Below the pieces are notes generated by a model that was not told the origin of the DNA, searched no databases, and saw only the letters and a program-made list of their open reading frames with translations. This document shows, piece after piece, positions 1 through 13,278 of a DNA stretch of 64,000 bases. Within the stretch, counting starts at the first letter, position 1; each line of letters starts with the position of its first letter. The DNA comes from Balanoglossus misakiensis (lineage: Eukaryota > Animalia > Hemichordata). A program made the translations under genes and the position numbers. The stretch spans positions 17,159,028 to 17,223,027 of the forward strand of contig CM082576.2 of NCBI GenBank assembly GCA_040954595.2, read 5' to 3'.

Positions 1-317
1 ACAAAGGCAATGCCCTGACACCTTCACTTTAATCTCTCAAATTTCGTACTGTATAAACAAGTAACTTTTAACGTTGATACTAAGACACACACTCACACAC
101 ACATTTTCAAAAGGAGTGTTCTATTCCATGTGCACTCTCTTCTAGTTCTCTTTGATTCTTCACCAAAGTGTTCTAATTGAGATTATCAACCAAGTGACTT
201 CAACCAATCAGATTGCTGAGATTATAAACCAGGTGACTTCAACCAATCAGATTGCTGAACTGCAAGTATATCATAATACAGTTTGTAACATTTGTAACAT
301 ATAAATGATTTTTGTAG

Positions 318-3300
318 TGGCATAAGAAGAGCGAAATTCTGCGGTACTCTTGGTAGGCGGGATGAAGCAATTGTGATCTCATCTGACAACGATGATGCAA
401 CTCCATCACAGAAGGACTTGTTCATTCGAAAAGCCAATCAGTGTGGTAGGTACATATCCTTCCACATTGGGAGAAAAATACCCTGCTGTGAAACTTCAAT
501 TGACAGAGATAGTTGCTATGGTTTGGATAAAATATGTGATCTTTGTGTGCTATGATTTCTGTCTGGTGTTGAGTGTTGCCAGATAATGTAAAATGGGTTA
601 TTTTCGTGAGCAATAAATTTTCGCAAATATGCGAGAGCCAGAAACATGTTAAAATAAAAAGTTGCGTAAAATGCTTTCGAAGATAACGATGCAGTTAGTG
701 AAGTACGAGAACACGAAAATTAATCCTCGCTTAACAGTTACCTGTTTTGATATCGCGAGAATTTCCTGTCACAAAAATAACCCGTTTTACAGTAATAATC
801 ATACTTGTAAGTTAATTCATAAAAGAATCTGATTGCAGCGAGACAATGTTTGAATCACTACTTCTCTGCACCTCAGCTCCAACTTTCATTGAGCAAAGTT
901 TTCAGTATACAGTATTTGATTAATACCATTGTACATGTAGATGAGTGTAGATGATCTTGATCAACTAAGGTTTTGTGCTGTATGTTCATAGATACATGTT
1001 TATCCATAGGTCACTTTATTTGCATCTGTGTATATGCAACTCAGTGAAACAAGATGGCCATATTAAGTGTAGTTAATGGATTACACTACAGGTCAATTGA
1101 AACAGCAACATTTGTGATTTAAAAGGACTACGAGAGTGAAACACTTGCCTAAACGAATAATCGGTCTCTACCGTTTATTCATTTTGGCAAGATATGTTCA
1201 ACCACACACACCTTCCATCCTGCTAGTTGACACGAGAGTCATACAAGAGTCATACAAGTGGGATGGAAGTTGTGTGTGGTCAAATGTTGATCCACATGTA
1301 GAATAACATTAACGGTGTATTGTATCAAATATAATTAATGGAAAAGAAAGAGACTTTCCCTTTAAATGAAATGTCAACTCTTTCCCTCACATCAGACAAG
1401 ACGGTAATTCAGGTTTTTATTTCCTCTCCCCAGAGAATGAGCAGACTACAAGTCAAGTAGATGGAGATGTCTGCATTGGGATGCATCTGATACAGGTACC
1501 AGTACATCAGAACAAGGAAAAAAAACATCAAATAGATGCAGTTTTTCCCCTCATTGCGAGATCTTACTTGATTAATTACCGTGATATTAATGAGTTACTA
1601 GCCAATCTGCTAGTCGAGCTGTTTTACAGTATATTCTGTGTTCGGAAGGAAAGAAATATAATCAACTGAGAGGAAAACTGCACGCATTGGCTGAGATTTG
1701 CAGCGATTATTGCTAGCTCGGGTGCGGCCAAGATACAGTCAGTGTCACTTCGGCAGCTCAGTGCAGTGATGATTTACGTGTGTGAGCGTCTCGCCCGCAC
1801 CAGCCAAAACAAATATTGTTTAAGTCTCTTGGTCATATTAGGGGATTGACAGTCTTGTTTCTATACAGATGAAAGGGCGAAGAAAGCTACAACAATGTCG
1901 GACTCCTATGTTATGTGCGCTCAGAAGAAGGGCTGCTTCTCGAAAACGTCGTGGCGCTCCGATATTTCATCTAGAAAGTAAGTCCAAACAATGTCAAATA
2001 AATCTGTGTAGCAAGCATGCTCTCTGGCTATCTGATTGGCTTTGTTTAAATAAAGGAAACTAATTCACACTACTTCAGGTATTAAACTTGTGTATTAAAG
2101 TAATAAAAGGCTAATAAGGGACCGTCTCAGATTGTCTCATAATTTAATGATAAAGTCAACCCCAAAAATTGTCCGTTTGGATCCAAACCCCTTCCTCTTC
2201 CCCGTAAACGAAAGTTCAGAAGTGTGAGAAACGTTTGTTTCTGATCACATGCACTATCAAATAATTTAAGTAATTTGATCAAATCTATAATAAATAAGCA
2301 ATTTAAGTGAGAGGCAAAACTTGGAGGGATTCTTTGGTGCTGTTTTTGCTTTAATAAAAACATAAGATGAAAATTGTGGTAACTAAAATATGTGTGAAAG
2401 TGAAGTTCATTAATGAATTGACACCCCCTCCCCTAAATGAATAAATTTATGTGTTGAACTTATGTGATAAGAGCATTATTTAAAACCATCATAAATATTT
2501 GTCCAAAGGACTTCAGTGCGTATTTTTGTGTGTCAGCCATGATTGTAGAAACGAAAAGGTTCCCTTGTTGGTATAAGATGTGCATTTCACTGGCTCTTCT
2601 GTTTCACAACAAAGATGAGAACGGGACGAGAAGTGAGCAAGACGTTGTACAGTTGAGTTCTGCTGATACTACATGGACTTCTGCGACAGGTTCATCAACA
2701 TGGACTCAGGGAGTGCAGGAGGCTATGGAATTGTCAGGGGATGGTGTCGCTAAGAAGAAGATAAAAAGAGAGTTATCACAGTCAAATGCAGAGAGCACTT
2801 TTGGAGGAAAGTCTATCACCATCACACCACAGACGGATAGACCGAGCAATGGAAGAAAAAGTCATTTACGGAGAAGACCGAGTGAGAAACCAGTCACATC
2901 AACAGAAGGCCCCAGCACCAGCTCATCAGAAGTGGATAGATGTAGGCCAACTGATGATACAGTAGAGAGACAGAAATCTCCAACCCCATCTCCCTCCACC
3001 ACAGTTGGGATTTCCGACGCAGACCACATTCACGCTACTACTCCACCATCAGTTACCAACGTGTTGTCCTCCCATCCATGTCCATCAGCTGAAGATGAGG
3101 GAGGTCAATGTCTTCAACCAGGCGTCCGTGTCTTTGCCAGGGGGCAAGATGAAGACTTCTATCCAGGTGTTGTAGTGTTTGAGGAGAAACATAACAAGTA
3201 AGATGTTATCAACTTATCCTCTCCTAGATACCAATTGTTGCCACTAATCAGATATTGCCTGGACTATAAATTTTATGTTGTCATGATTTCCTTAAGAATT

Positions 3301-6300
3301 GTCTAAGTCGATTGATCCAGTTGGGGACTAGGTCATTCACAATGATTTGTTTTATACTGTTATACTAACATGAGATATATGGAAAACAAAAACAGTGCCT
3401 GTATTACACATTAGTACTCTGTAAATTGTTATGCGTGTTCATTTGACTTAAACACTCAGGACAGAGTGAGAGACATATATCCACGGACTGGTAGGTAATT
3501 AGAAACACACAAACTGGGGGGGGGGGGTCAGATAGATACGTGTATGTAGCACTTTTAAAGGGACAAAGTCTCTCTCTCACTGCACTTTTTTCCATTAATT
3601 ATGTTTGCTTTCCCGCAAACCCCAAAATAAGAAATTTGACTGCAACACTCCCCCCCCCCCCCCCCGAATTGCAACTCTGGCAATTCTATATTTCCAAAGG
3701 CAAATTTCTATATGCATTTCCTCCAGCAATGCTAAGTATACAAAGAGGCAAATTTCTATAAATTGTGATGCAAATGTCAATTCAAAGAAAGTTATTTGCT
3801 CAGTTCAGCTTCCACAAGAACACACAGTTTAGAAATTGGTCTATCCAAGGTCGATGTCCTTGTCCGCAGTCTGCATGACCTCACATCACCTTTCTTGTCC
3901 TTGTACGTCATTTCCACCACTGCCATTGGCCAACTGTTCCTAGCCACAGACTTGTCCATGATGAGCACAATATCTCCTATTTCCACGTTACGTCTCTGCT
4001 TCTGCCACTTGGGTCTCTGCTGCAGTGTGACTAAATACTCTTTCCTCCAGCGGGACCGAAACACATCAACCAAGTACTGGGCTTGACGCCATCGTTTTCT
4101 TGAATAAATGTCACTCTTCTTGAATACACCTGGTGAGCTCAGAACTGTAGCTTGTGGATTTATCAACACGTGGGGCGTCAATGGCAGCAAATCCTCAGGA
4201 TCTGATGATGTTGTAGTCAACGGTCTGTTGTTCACAATATTCTCAGCTTCACAGAAAACTGTAATGAGTGTTTCATCATCAACAATATGGGTTTGCTCTT
4301 CCAGCAAACTAAACAGTATTGTCCTGGTTGTTCGAATCATTCTCTCGCACACTCCACCAAAATGTGATGCTGTTGGGGGGTTGAAATGCCACTCTATGCC
4401 TATGGTACACAACACATCACTCAATTTGGACTGGTCCAACTGTCTCAGCATCTGTCTCAGCTCCTTTTCGGACCCAGCTAAATTTGTTCCATTATCAGAT
4501 CGTATTTATTCATCCATCTCATATGCGTACCCTACGTGCTTTCAATTGGTGGATTTTCTGCTATCAGAGATGTCATCTCCTCTGATACAGATTTCAAACC
4601 TTTCCATGCTTCTCCAAGGGCTTTGAACTTCATCCCTTCAGCATTAACTGTCATGCAGCTTCCTGGGCATCGAATCACCATCCATCTCGAGTATCCCTCT
4701 ACCACAAGGATGTTTCGGTAATTGAGATGTGCAGCTCTTGTATCAAACATAATTAATGGAAAAAGGGTAGCGAGAGAGAGAGAGAGAGAGAATTTGTCCC
4801 GTTAACAGGAAATCTCCTACTGCATTCACTTTAGTGTGAAATGATGTTTGTTGAATGCTACGTTGAGACGCACAAAGAAGTCGTCTGAGCTAGTAACACA
4901 AGAAAAAAACATTGCACCAAATGTATACTAGTCTGTAAAACACTTTATTTTCGCGATTTGAATCTTTCGTGGTATCGAGAGACTCAGAGGCCACTGTTTC
5001 GCGAGTATTAATTTTGGCGTTCTCTTATTTACTTTATTGCATTGTTATCTTCAAATTTTGGCTCTCGTGTATTTCACGAAAATTTATTGCTCGCGAAATA
5101 AAGTGTTTTACAGTATATTCCTGTTCTCTTGTATGCTTGAAAGTTTGAAGTTTGCACAATTTTACATGTCTGGTATCATCATCACTCTCAAACTTGATGA
5201 GCTATTCTGTTTTGACTTGTCTGTCAGCCTTAAAGCGCGTAGCTCGTCTCACACGCATGTTCCAACTGTAGCTAACTGGTTCCAGACGTTTAGTGAACAG
5301 TCAATCCCATAAGGCAGTGCTCACACAAGATGGCGGCGACCATAATCTGTGTCGGAGATCAGTAAAAGACACTAGCTTGGTTGAAAAGGAGGGAAAAAAC
5401 TAGAATCTTCTTATACGGTGCGCATGAAATATGGAAGGAAGTGAAGGCAGTCCAATATTTGAATGCATCGAACGGAAAATTTGCTGGGAAGTTACGCGCA
5501 TGCACGTGAGACGAGCTACCGGCTTTAAATATGACGCCCTGTCTTTGATTGTACTTGTTAGATGTATAATCGGCTTTGAAGACGGCAATATAAGAAGCGT
5601 TTCTCAAAAAGATATCATTGTAAAGGAATGGTTGGAGAAATATTCAAGTGTAATGGCTGCATCAACTGATGAAGACTTCTATGAGCAAGGTGATGACATT
5701 TTAAAACTACCATTTGAAATCCTCTGTTCTCACATTAGTGGGTACTGCTTCTAGTCAGACATAGCCTGTAATTAGTCTGTCTATGTTTGGATATGAATGT
5801 CACTATCAACTTGGATTTACAGGAACCAGTTTATCAACTGAACTAATACTGTGCATACAAACATTACAATGTTATTCACGGCTGCTTGAAGTGAACACAT
5901 GTTCTTGTTTTTGTCAGGGTAAAACTTTTTTAGCCGTTAAATCATCTCTCCCTGCAAATCGACTGATTTACTGGTACTGATACAGAGTGGTCCTGTGAAT
6001 CAAGATTGTTTAAATAACTTGGACTCAGAATCAAACGCCATGTTTGTTTAGACTTTTTACAAGGTCTACAGTATTTCTGTATTGTGAAACAGGCATTGCA
6101 ATTGCCACGTACTCATTACACGCCTTTGATGTGTCTTCAAATGCACAGTTTTGCTTTGTTCTCACTGCATGTTTCTGCCAACGGTGCAGGGCCAGTGTTT
6201 ACTTTCTGCAAATACAAGGAATTAGGTCTGGCCCTGAACCACCCCTCATCACCGTCGAAAATTAACACTGGCACAGCCCCGGCACAAAGTGTTCTCACTT

Positions 6301-7449
6301 ATTTTTTCTGTCGGAGTCGGATCTGAGCCGTTAATTGCTACACCGGTGCTACACTTGAAAACATTACAGTGAGAACTCAGAACAGGGTATATGTTGTTCT
6401 GTTTTCGGGTTTACTGGGGATTTCATTTTTTTAAGAATTGTTTTTCTCTTTTTGTAGGTATGGTCGTTGGGTATTACAAGAACTGCATGTATGACACAGA
6501 AGAAGAAGGCTATTTTGTTGAAAAAACTAATGGGGATACAAAAAGGTATACATAGCTTTATTTGTCATTTTTGACTTTTTAGATATAAAAAACAATATGA
6601 GAAGTTGTTTTTTGGAGACATGTTGAAACGTCAATTCCTTTATTTAACATCTGAAAAAACTAACAGAATAGCGGTAAATCTGAAGATTCTTCATTTTCCG
6701 ATGGAAATTAAATATTGAATGTACTATGGTCTGTATGTACCGGTACATATCAGCTGCGTTCTTCAGTGTTTTGGTATTTTATTTGTGGTGAACAAGTTAT
6801 TGTTAAGTTTCTTGTCCCATATCCCTGTAGTTGCACATTCAAAACAAGATTAGGGGGATAATTGCAGGATCAAAACACCCTTCAAAAAATGTAGGTGGCT
6901 GGCAAGCAAACTAGCTAATTACCAGGATCAAAACTTGATCAGTAATTATCTGCACACTTGTCACAAGCCATAAAGTCAACGGATTGGCTTGTTTTGTTAG
7001 TACTCTGATACCTGGTTCAATCACGCAGTGTGTAAATATTATTTTCTGTCGTTTTTTCTGTACTTGTTTGACTAAAATATGAAGTATGTTGGGCCGATGG
7101 CATAGAAATATTGAATAAAGACCATAATTCAAGATACCTGGTTCACACTGGCATGCAAATTTCCAGTTGATGGGCAACTTCAACGACTAGGTGCAGAAGT
7201 TCTAAAGTAAAAACATACTCAGAAAAACTTTTACTGGATGCCGTAATACCGGTACTGCTTGCCCGTCACCTGGAAATGACACCGCCGTGGGTCACATGAC
7301 CAGATCACATGATTAATAGTAAAGAATTCCTTCTATTGTGCATATCAGGTATTCCAGGAAGCATGTGATTCTTACCTCAGATCAGGCATCTGTCCACATT
7401 CATCCACAGAATGTGAAAACTCCAAGCGGTAATTCAGCTAGACGTTCAG
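318..7449 (+). CDS. 53BP1-like gene, open exons: low-complexity region plus tandem Tudor domain (5' end probably outside the window)
   Basis: Phase-consistent GT-AG exons 318-445, 1434-1495, 1869-1977, 2615-3197, 5562-5689, 6458-6545, 7349-7449. Spliced product contains LQPGVRVFARGQDEDFYPGVVVFEEKHNK/CIIGFEDGNIRSVSQKDIIVKEWLEKYSSVMAASTDEDFYEQG/MVVGYYKNCMYDTEEEGYFVEKTNGDTKR/YSRKHVILTSDQA, colinear with the 53BP1 tandem Tudor (GLRVVAKW..YFYSG..LLFDDG..VLGKDILL..VTALSEDEYFSAGVV..YSIEKEGQRKWYKRMAVILSLEQG). The first three exons are less certain than the last four. Confidence 0.75.
3559..4801. mobile_element. TTAA-flanked MITE ends enclosing a BEL/Pao retrotransposon fragment
   Basis: Left end agggacaaagtctctctc..ccattaattatgtttg (3559-3607) and right end tcttgtatcaaacataattaatgg..tttgtccc (~4736-4801) of the abundant MITE family. 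TTAA at 3555 and 4802. Confidence 0.75.
3608..4505 (-). mobile_element. BEL/Pao LTR retrotransposon fragment: integrase C-terminus, PPT and start of 3' LTR
   Basis: ORF 3792-4451 has WHFNPPTASHFGGVCERMIR, EAENIVNNRPLT, LTP, RWRKEYL, KW...GDIVLI, WP and RPISKLCVL. SDNGTNLAG lies just upstream. Polypurine tract at 3648-3665 is followed by TGTTGCAG at 3647, a truncated LTR. Confidence 0.9.
5234..5524. mobile_element. TTAA-flanked MITE (Kolobok-like termini)
   Basis: ttaa|agcgcgtagctcgtctcac ... gtgagacgagctaccggct|ttaa. Confidence 0.7.
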
Positions 7450-8218
7450 GTAAGACATACAACACCTGCACCTCGGAGCTAGATTTTAGCAGAAAAACAA
7501 AACATGAAATCCCTTGTAGCTGATGTATTTCATGCACTTCAGGATTTGTGCAGTTTGGTAAAAATTAGCCATGACCTAGCTTCATGGCACATAGGATTTT
7601 GTATCTTCAAAATAATTTCAGTCCCCTTTAGAATAGTGTATGATTTTTATGAGAACACCTAGAAAGATGACTGAATGACCCCCAACTCCTTATTAATAGA
7701 CTGTTGATACCGTAATGTCATTCACATTGTCACTACTACAAGAAAAGGATGTGCATACATGTACTTCTACATTCATGCTCAGTGCAGCTGACTCCGGCTT
7801 TTGACAGAGAGATTTTAACATCATTTGTGATTGCAGTACAGCTGGACTTTTATTTAAGGAGACTACGTATAATTTTCAAGAATTTTCATATTTTTTTTAC
7901 ATTTAGTTTCATTAGCTGTAACTATTCGCTCTGTTTTCAGCATTTTTATTTTGTGTATCTACTGTTGCGTAGTTTCTTGTTCAAATTCCAGAAAGATGAT
8001 GAAATGCCCAGCATTTACCTTATCAACACAACATATATGTGTATAGTCAGCATTGTTATTTTTGCAAAATTTGAATTCAAGTCCCAACTAGAATTCATTT
8101 GCAAAGCTGCCTACATCCAACTTGGACAGAGTTATGTTGGACAGAGCCATTTTGGGTTGTAGAATATAAAGGAACATGTTGTCTAATACATGTACATGTA
8201 TATATATCTGCCATATAG

Positions 8219-9472
8219 GAATGGACACATCGCTAATGGATGGTGCCAGCAGAGAGACCTCTGTGACACCTCACACACCTATGCCAGTGTTGCATCCACT
8301 GTCCCTGCTGTTAATCCAGCTTAGAAGGTCAAGCAAAAGGTCAGCACTATGGCCACCAAACAATGTCCACTTTCATCGGCAGTGGCCAACAAAATTTGCC
8401 CGTTTTTGTCACCTGTCCAAATGGCTCCAGTTCAAGAAGAGCCACATCCAATGCCAACTGACGATGGAGATCTCTTCACAAACTATCACATTTTTGTCTC
8501 CTCCAATTTCCCAAATTCTAGAGTTCACAATTTTCGACTCACTTGAACTGCAATTGAAAGTGATATAAAAGATACAAACTGATTATTGCCTGCCTTTGGA
8601 AAACAATACATACAGCAGACATAAACATTAACTCGGTTTGATTTCTTGTGATTTTCTTCATGTTTATAAACCATAAATCTTTCAAGCAGTTTCATTGAGG
8701 AATAAAAGTAACCCAGGGTCTGACTGGTAGAGTTTGCAAGAAAATTGTAATCCCTGTCACTACAGTCTGTAGGACTCTTGCATCAACAAATTTAGTCTTC
8801 AGTTTAAAGGGACATTAGGTCTTTCTCTCGCTGCCCTTTTTCCATTAATTAAGTTTGATACAAGACACCATTTATTTTAATGTACATGTGTACCGGGTAT
8901 ATGTAGTGAATAATCGTTCAACCACACAACTTCCATCCCGCTTGTATGATATGAGAGTAAAAATTCGCCCAAAATGAATAAATGGTAGAGACCAGTTATT
9001 AATTTTGTGAGTTTTTCACTCTCGTGTCTACAAGCGGGATGTAAGTTGTGTGTGGTCGAACGTTGATTCACTATATATCCACATGTACATAAACATAAAC
9101 GGTGTCTTGTATCAAACATAATTAATGGAGACAAGGGCAGCGAGAGAAAAAGACTTTGTCCCTTTAATAATTTATGTGTTAATCATCAGAACACAATTTG
9201 AGTATTGGTCTCTCAAATTTCTGTAAGTCTGATTTCAGTTATCTTAAAGTCTACATCTTACACTGTCAGAAAATAATTAATGATGTTTTTGTTTTTTACA
9301 GGGAAGTCCCTGCATTACGATGCGATAGTCACAGATGAAAGCTGTCCAGGTGACCTTGTTGAAAAGGCCGGACATCTAGACATCCCAGTGGTTAACTGTG
9401 ACTGGGGTATACAGTGCCTTATCAATGGAAGATATATGGCATAGACATCCTGATTATAAACATCAGGATTGA
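8219..9472 (+). pseudogene. Degenerate 53BP1-type BRCT exons
   Basis: PMPTDDGDLFTNYHIFVS and PAFGKQYIQQ resemble the 53BP1 BRCT1 start (PLPLNKTLFLGYAFLLT, PPFNKQYTES). They are out of frame with the phase-1 acceptor at 8219 and are interrupted by stops at 8322, 8544, 8580 and 8622. Exon from 9302 reads YDAIVTDESCPGDLVEKAGHLDIPVVNCDWGIQCLING (cf. [38 protein letters not shown]) with TAG at 9442; the HPDYKH tail is frameshifted (9446-9463). I could not find the intervening BRCT sequence. Confidence 0.75.
8808..9163. mobile_element. ~350-bp palindromic MITE family A (TTAA TSD, AG..CT ends, Kolobok-like)
   Basis: Near-fully inverted structure agggac..tctctcgctgccctttttccattaatt / aattaatgga..gggcagcgagaga..ctttgtccct. 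Other copies at ~1123-1361 (partial), 32049-32398, 37240-37583, 44122-44467, ~45350-45563 (partial) and 53285-53626. Confidence 0.9.
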
Positions 9473-11048
9473 CGTTGGCTCATAGAGAGTACATGTAGTG
9501 TTATGTGAGAACTGATCGTTCTTAGATGAGCGTGGCAGTGAGCCACCTTGTTTTATAATTCTGTTTCTTACAGTTACCCAACATTTCAGAGATGTCTTTT
9601 TTTTCCGATTGTGGCTAGATATTATAGCGGTTCTGAACACAGCAGTTGAATATCATGTAGCTCAGACTGTGTAAGCAAAATCATTATTTTACATCCTTTA
9701 TCTCCGTTGGTTTCCATATTACTTGGCTTTAAAACGCTGGTACAATCGATCGTAACCACTCAGCTGAAACACGTACACAGTGAGCAGCTATCTTTCTTTC
9801 TCTTTTGTTAACGTTGGACATTGGGGTGGTCTTGAAACTGTCCGCAGTGCATACCTATACACTTTGAGCTTGGGTGCCTTGAAACTGTTGATGTACGAAA
9901 TGTTCGTTCTGTATGTACCATTCCAGTCTGGTGGCAAGTAGGGTCATAAGCAGCAGGGGATTATGCAATGCAAACACTTGAACTGGCAAGTAACGTTTGA
10001 ATTCCTCATTTGCATACAGTTTTTTCAACTTTTTTCAGAACGAAAGTTTAGCAACTTGCAACCCATTTCTGACAATTATTTCACCCCAGGCACATTACTG
10101 GTACTATGAGTGTACTACATGTGATTTTTCATGAAGTTTTATCAAGAAGAATTTCTTTTAATACTTCCACTGACAAAATTGTGATCACGAAATTCAAAGT
10201 GACCTTGAAGTTAAAAAATAAAATAAAAATATCTGCCATACCCACACAAAAATTAACCCCCTCAGGTTTTAGAAAACATTATTAAACTCGTCTATTCATA
10301 ATTTTGACATGAATATATCCATGCCGTGGGTCAAGGACCACAATTTACGGTGCCATAGTAGACAGTGACAGCGTCAGTCAGCATAGGAATAGTGAATTAA
10401 CCCCATATGTAATATGCTAATGAGAGTTAACTTAGCATTGAAAAGGAAGCCATTACGTCATAGGTCAACATGCCTTGATCTAGTTCAGTGTTAATACATA
10501 TGGTATACACGGCTCTACTCGTCGATGGCGAAGGCAATTTTTACACCGTCATTACTCCACAACGGAGCGGCTCACAACATTATAATTTCACGGTAACTTA
10601 GTTCAATATCTTCCTAACCTACCCAATTTTTTTCAAGACAAGAAATCTTTGCCGAGAGTCAGGGACCACAATTTAAACCAACATACCGAAACTCGGGAAC
10701 GCGTTGTTAAAACTTCACTAAAAATCATCCTATCATTGACTGTAGTGTTTCATACACATCTTAGAAAAATGGATGCACTACGATCACTTGTAGTACCGAA
10801 AATCTCTGTTTGAAAATGTTTCGATTTGGCCGTAACTGCCACTCAGTGACGTTCACATTCAAATAGATCTCTTTGATCTCGCCGCCTTAATGACCCTACT
10901 TGCGATCAGACTGATTCCATAGAGCGTTTTTAGCGCATAAATACTATTGGTGCCTTGGTTGTTACAGAGTTGTGCAATCTTTAAGACTATCTTTCAAGTT
11001 TGCATTAGTTAGTATTGCTCCCAAGCTGACTAAGAGACTATAAGGAAG

Positions 11049-11253
11049 TACTGTAAAACGGGAAATGTTCGAAAATGATAAATGTTCATGAACTTCGCGA
11101 TAACAAAAAAGACGTGATAATAAATAGTCACGAAAGAACAATGTGTATAATAGAATATATGTTATTCAGAGATGAAGAAAACACATTGCGGAATAGTTGT
11201 CGTTATTGATATCGTGAAAATTTCCTATCGTGAAAATTTCCTGTTTTACAGTA
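11049..11253. mobile_element. TA-flanked MITE family (ta|ctgtaaaac ... gttttacag|ta)
   Basis: Terminal inverted repeat with shared internal ..tatcgcgaaaatttcctgtcgcgaaaat.. motif. Related copies at ~586-794, ~4931-5115, ~35860-36011 and ~48868-49020. Confidence 0.65.
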
Positions 11254-13278
11254 ACTTCACTGTTCCAAAGTGCAGAAAACCAATATTGTTACTTTATAAA
11301 TTTACAGTTGAATTGTTATGGTTTTGTTATTGAAATTATTTATCATGTTATATTTAAATATGTTTATAATAAAGTTTATACAAGTATTTTATATCAGAGT
11401 AAATCAGCCAGTAGAAAATATATTCAAATCCTTTTCTGTCATCCCTCTTGTAACCGAGTCAGCTGGATTTTCTTTTTGTTGACAGAAACCTCCGTTGGTC
11501 AGACATTGTATGTTCTATCCTTGGATTTCCCCATCCCTCTTTGCTTGAACTTCAGCTTTGACTTCCAGTCAAACACAGGACACTCATTCTGTCTGACCTA
11601 ATTCTGAGGCTGAGTCTAATACCAAGTACTTCTGCAGTTGACTCTGATAACCAAGAGACATCGGAATGGCTCCCATTAGTTCCAGACGAGGAATACTGAT
11701 GCTTGTGAGTGGGGTGCCACTCGATTTTTTGCTGCTACCATATACAGGAAACCATCTGGTCTTTATGGGTGTACATGTACCTCATATAGAAACTGGCTAT
11801 ATTCATGTATGCGACCTTATTTCCTGACAGTTTTTGTATGGCTTCAGTTCAAATCCAAGAAAAAGTACCATATCCTCCTCAGTGTAACAGCGCCCTCTCT
11901 TTTTTGCTATATTTTATGGTTCAGGACCCTGGGCTCTTGGGGAATAAAGAATTTATAACTGCTCCAAGACTTAAATTGTGAAAAACTTAAACTAGGTACA
12001 GTATAGCTATATCTTTTGTTGCTTTTCAGTGTCTATAGTACATGTATCTAGTTGAGGGAAAAGAAAATGCTCGGCTAAAACATGGGAGCCTGACAACTCA
12101 AGTTTTTTTTATAAACTTACATGTTGTGTTCAACTGTATAACAACAAGATTTTTATTACTTTAACAAAATAAATAATAATAGTAATACCAATTTTCCCGC
12201 CACAATACAATACTGGACATATAAACAATAAATCAATCCATAACAAGGTCCATAGAACGGTAATACCGGTACATGTACAATAAACTCACTGAAAACCGCA
12301 CTGCAAGGTATTAGTGCGACAAGTGTCGTACCACAACTAAAAGTAGTGTATTACTCCGCCTGACAACAGGCAACTTGAATCGACTGATCAGTGCAGCACA
12401 ACCCAACCGTACCTGGTGAGTATTATAAGAATGGACGTTGTATTTTTAAAAGATGGACCTTAGGGTGTTTTGACATTAACTTGAGGCTTGTGCGAAAGCC
12501 GCGGGTGCATCATCGGCGATCAGGTGCACACGCCGGGGCCGTGCGATTGAGTCCATTGCGTGATCGGTATCCCATTGGTTACAAAAGTTTTCCGATGTCA
12601 TGAATATTTATGCCCCGTTCCCGAACCACAAGACGCAGATTCACCCCGTTTTCCGACTCCGGGTTCTCTACGCCTTCAGGCACGTTGAGGTCCTTAAACT
12701 CGGTGTGAAAAGCCAATAATTTTGACCGATAAACGTGATTTTCCAACCCAGTCTCGCGAAATCTGAATGAAATGTCGCCGTGCAATCAACCGCTGGTGCC
12801 GTTTTGAGGCACGACAGAACACCACATATATCCTGGGTTTTACTGAGCAAAATTGATGTAGCGAGCAGTTTATTAATTTATTCTACTCAACTAAACCACT
12901 AGGTAGTATTTCACTGATATCTTGATTTCGTCACTTGCAGTGATTCTGCCAGTTTTACCCTGTTCCCCACCGAGCACGGCAAATGGTCTAACTATTCCAT
13001 TTAACGTCACTACCGCGCCTCACGTTGGGAAGCAGATACACAGAATATACATGTACATGTACTATCAAAAAAAAAAAGAAGCATAGGGACCGTTCAGTTT
13101 TTACTGGGGGGGGGGGCACTTAAATTTTGAAATCCAAAAGGAGGGGGGTCATCTTTTTTTAAAAAAAAAACGTTTGGGGTGGGGGGGGGGGGGTCACATA
13201 CTTTCGCCACCAAACTTTTGCTTTTGTAGTTGTTTGTGCAACCTGATTCCTCTTTCTATAATGTATCATACTACATTA

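Noticed and set aside
188-259. Direct repeat aacca.gtgacttcaaccaatcagattgctga x2 as a CRISPR-like or regulatory array
   Set aside because: Only two units with no spacer structure; simple tandem duplication in a eukaryotic intron.
2464-2614. N-terminal part of the 245-aa ORF
   Set aside because: Intronic; the phase-compatible acceptor is at 2614/2615.
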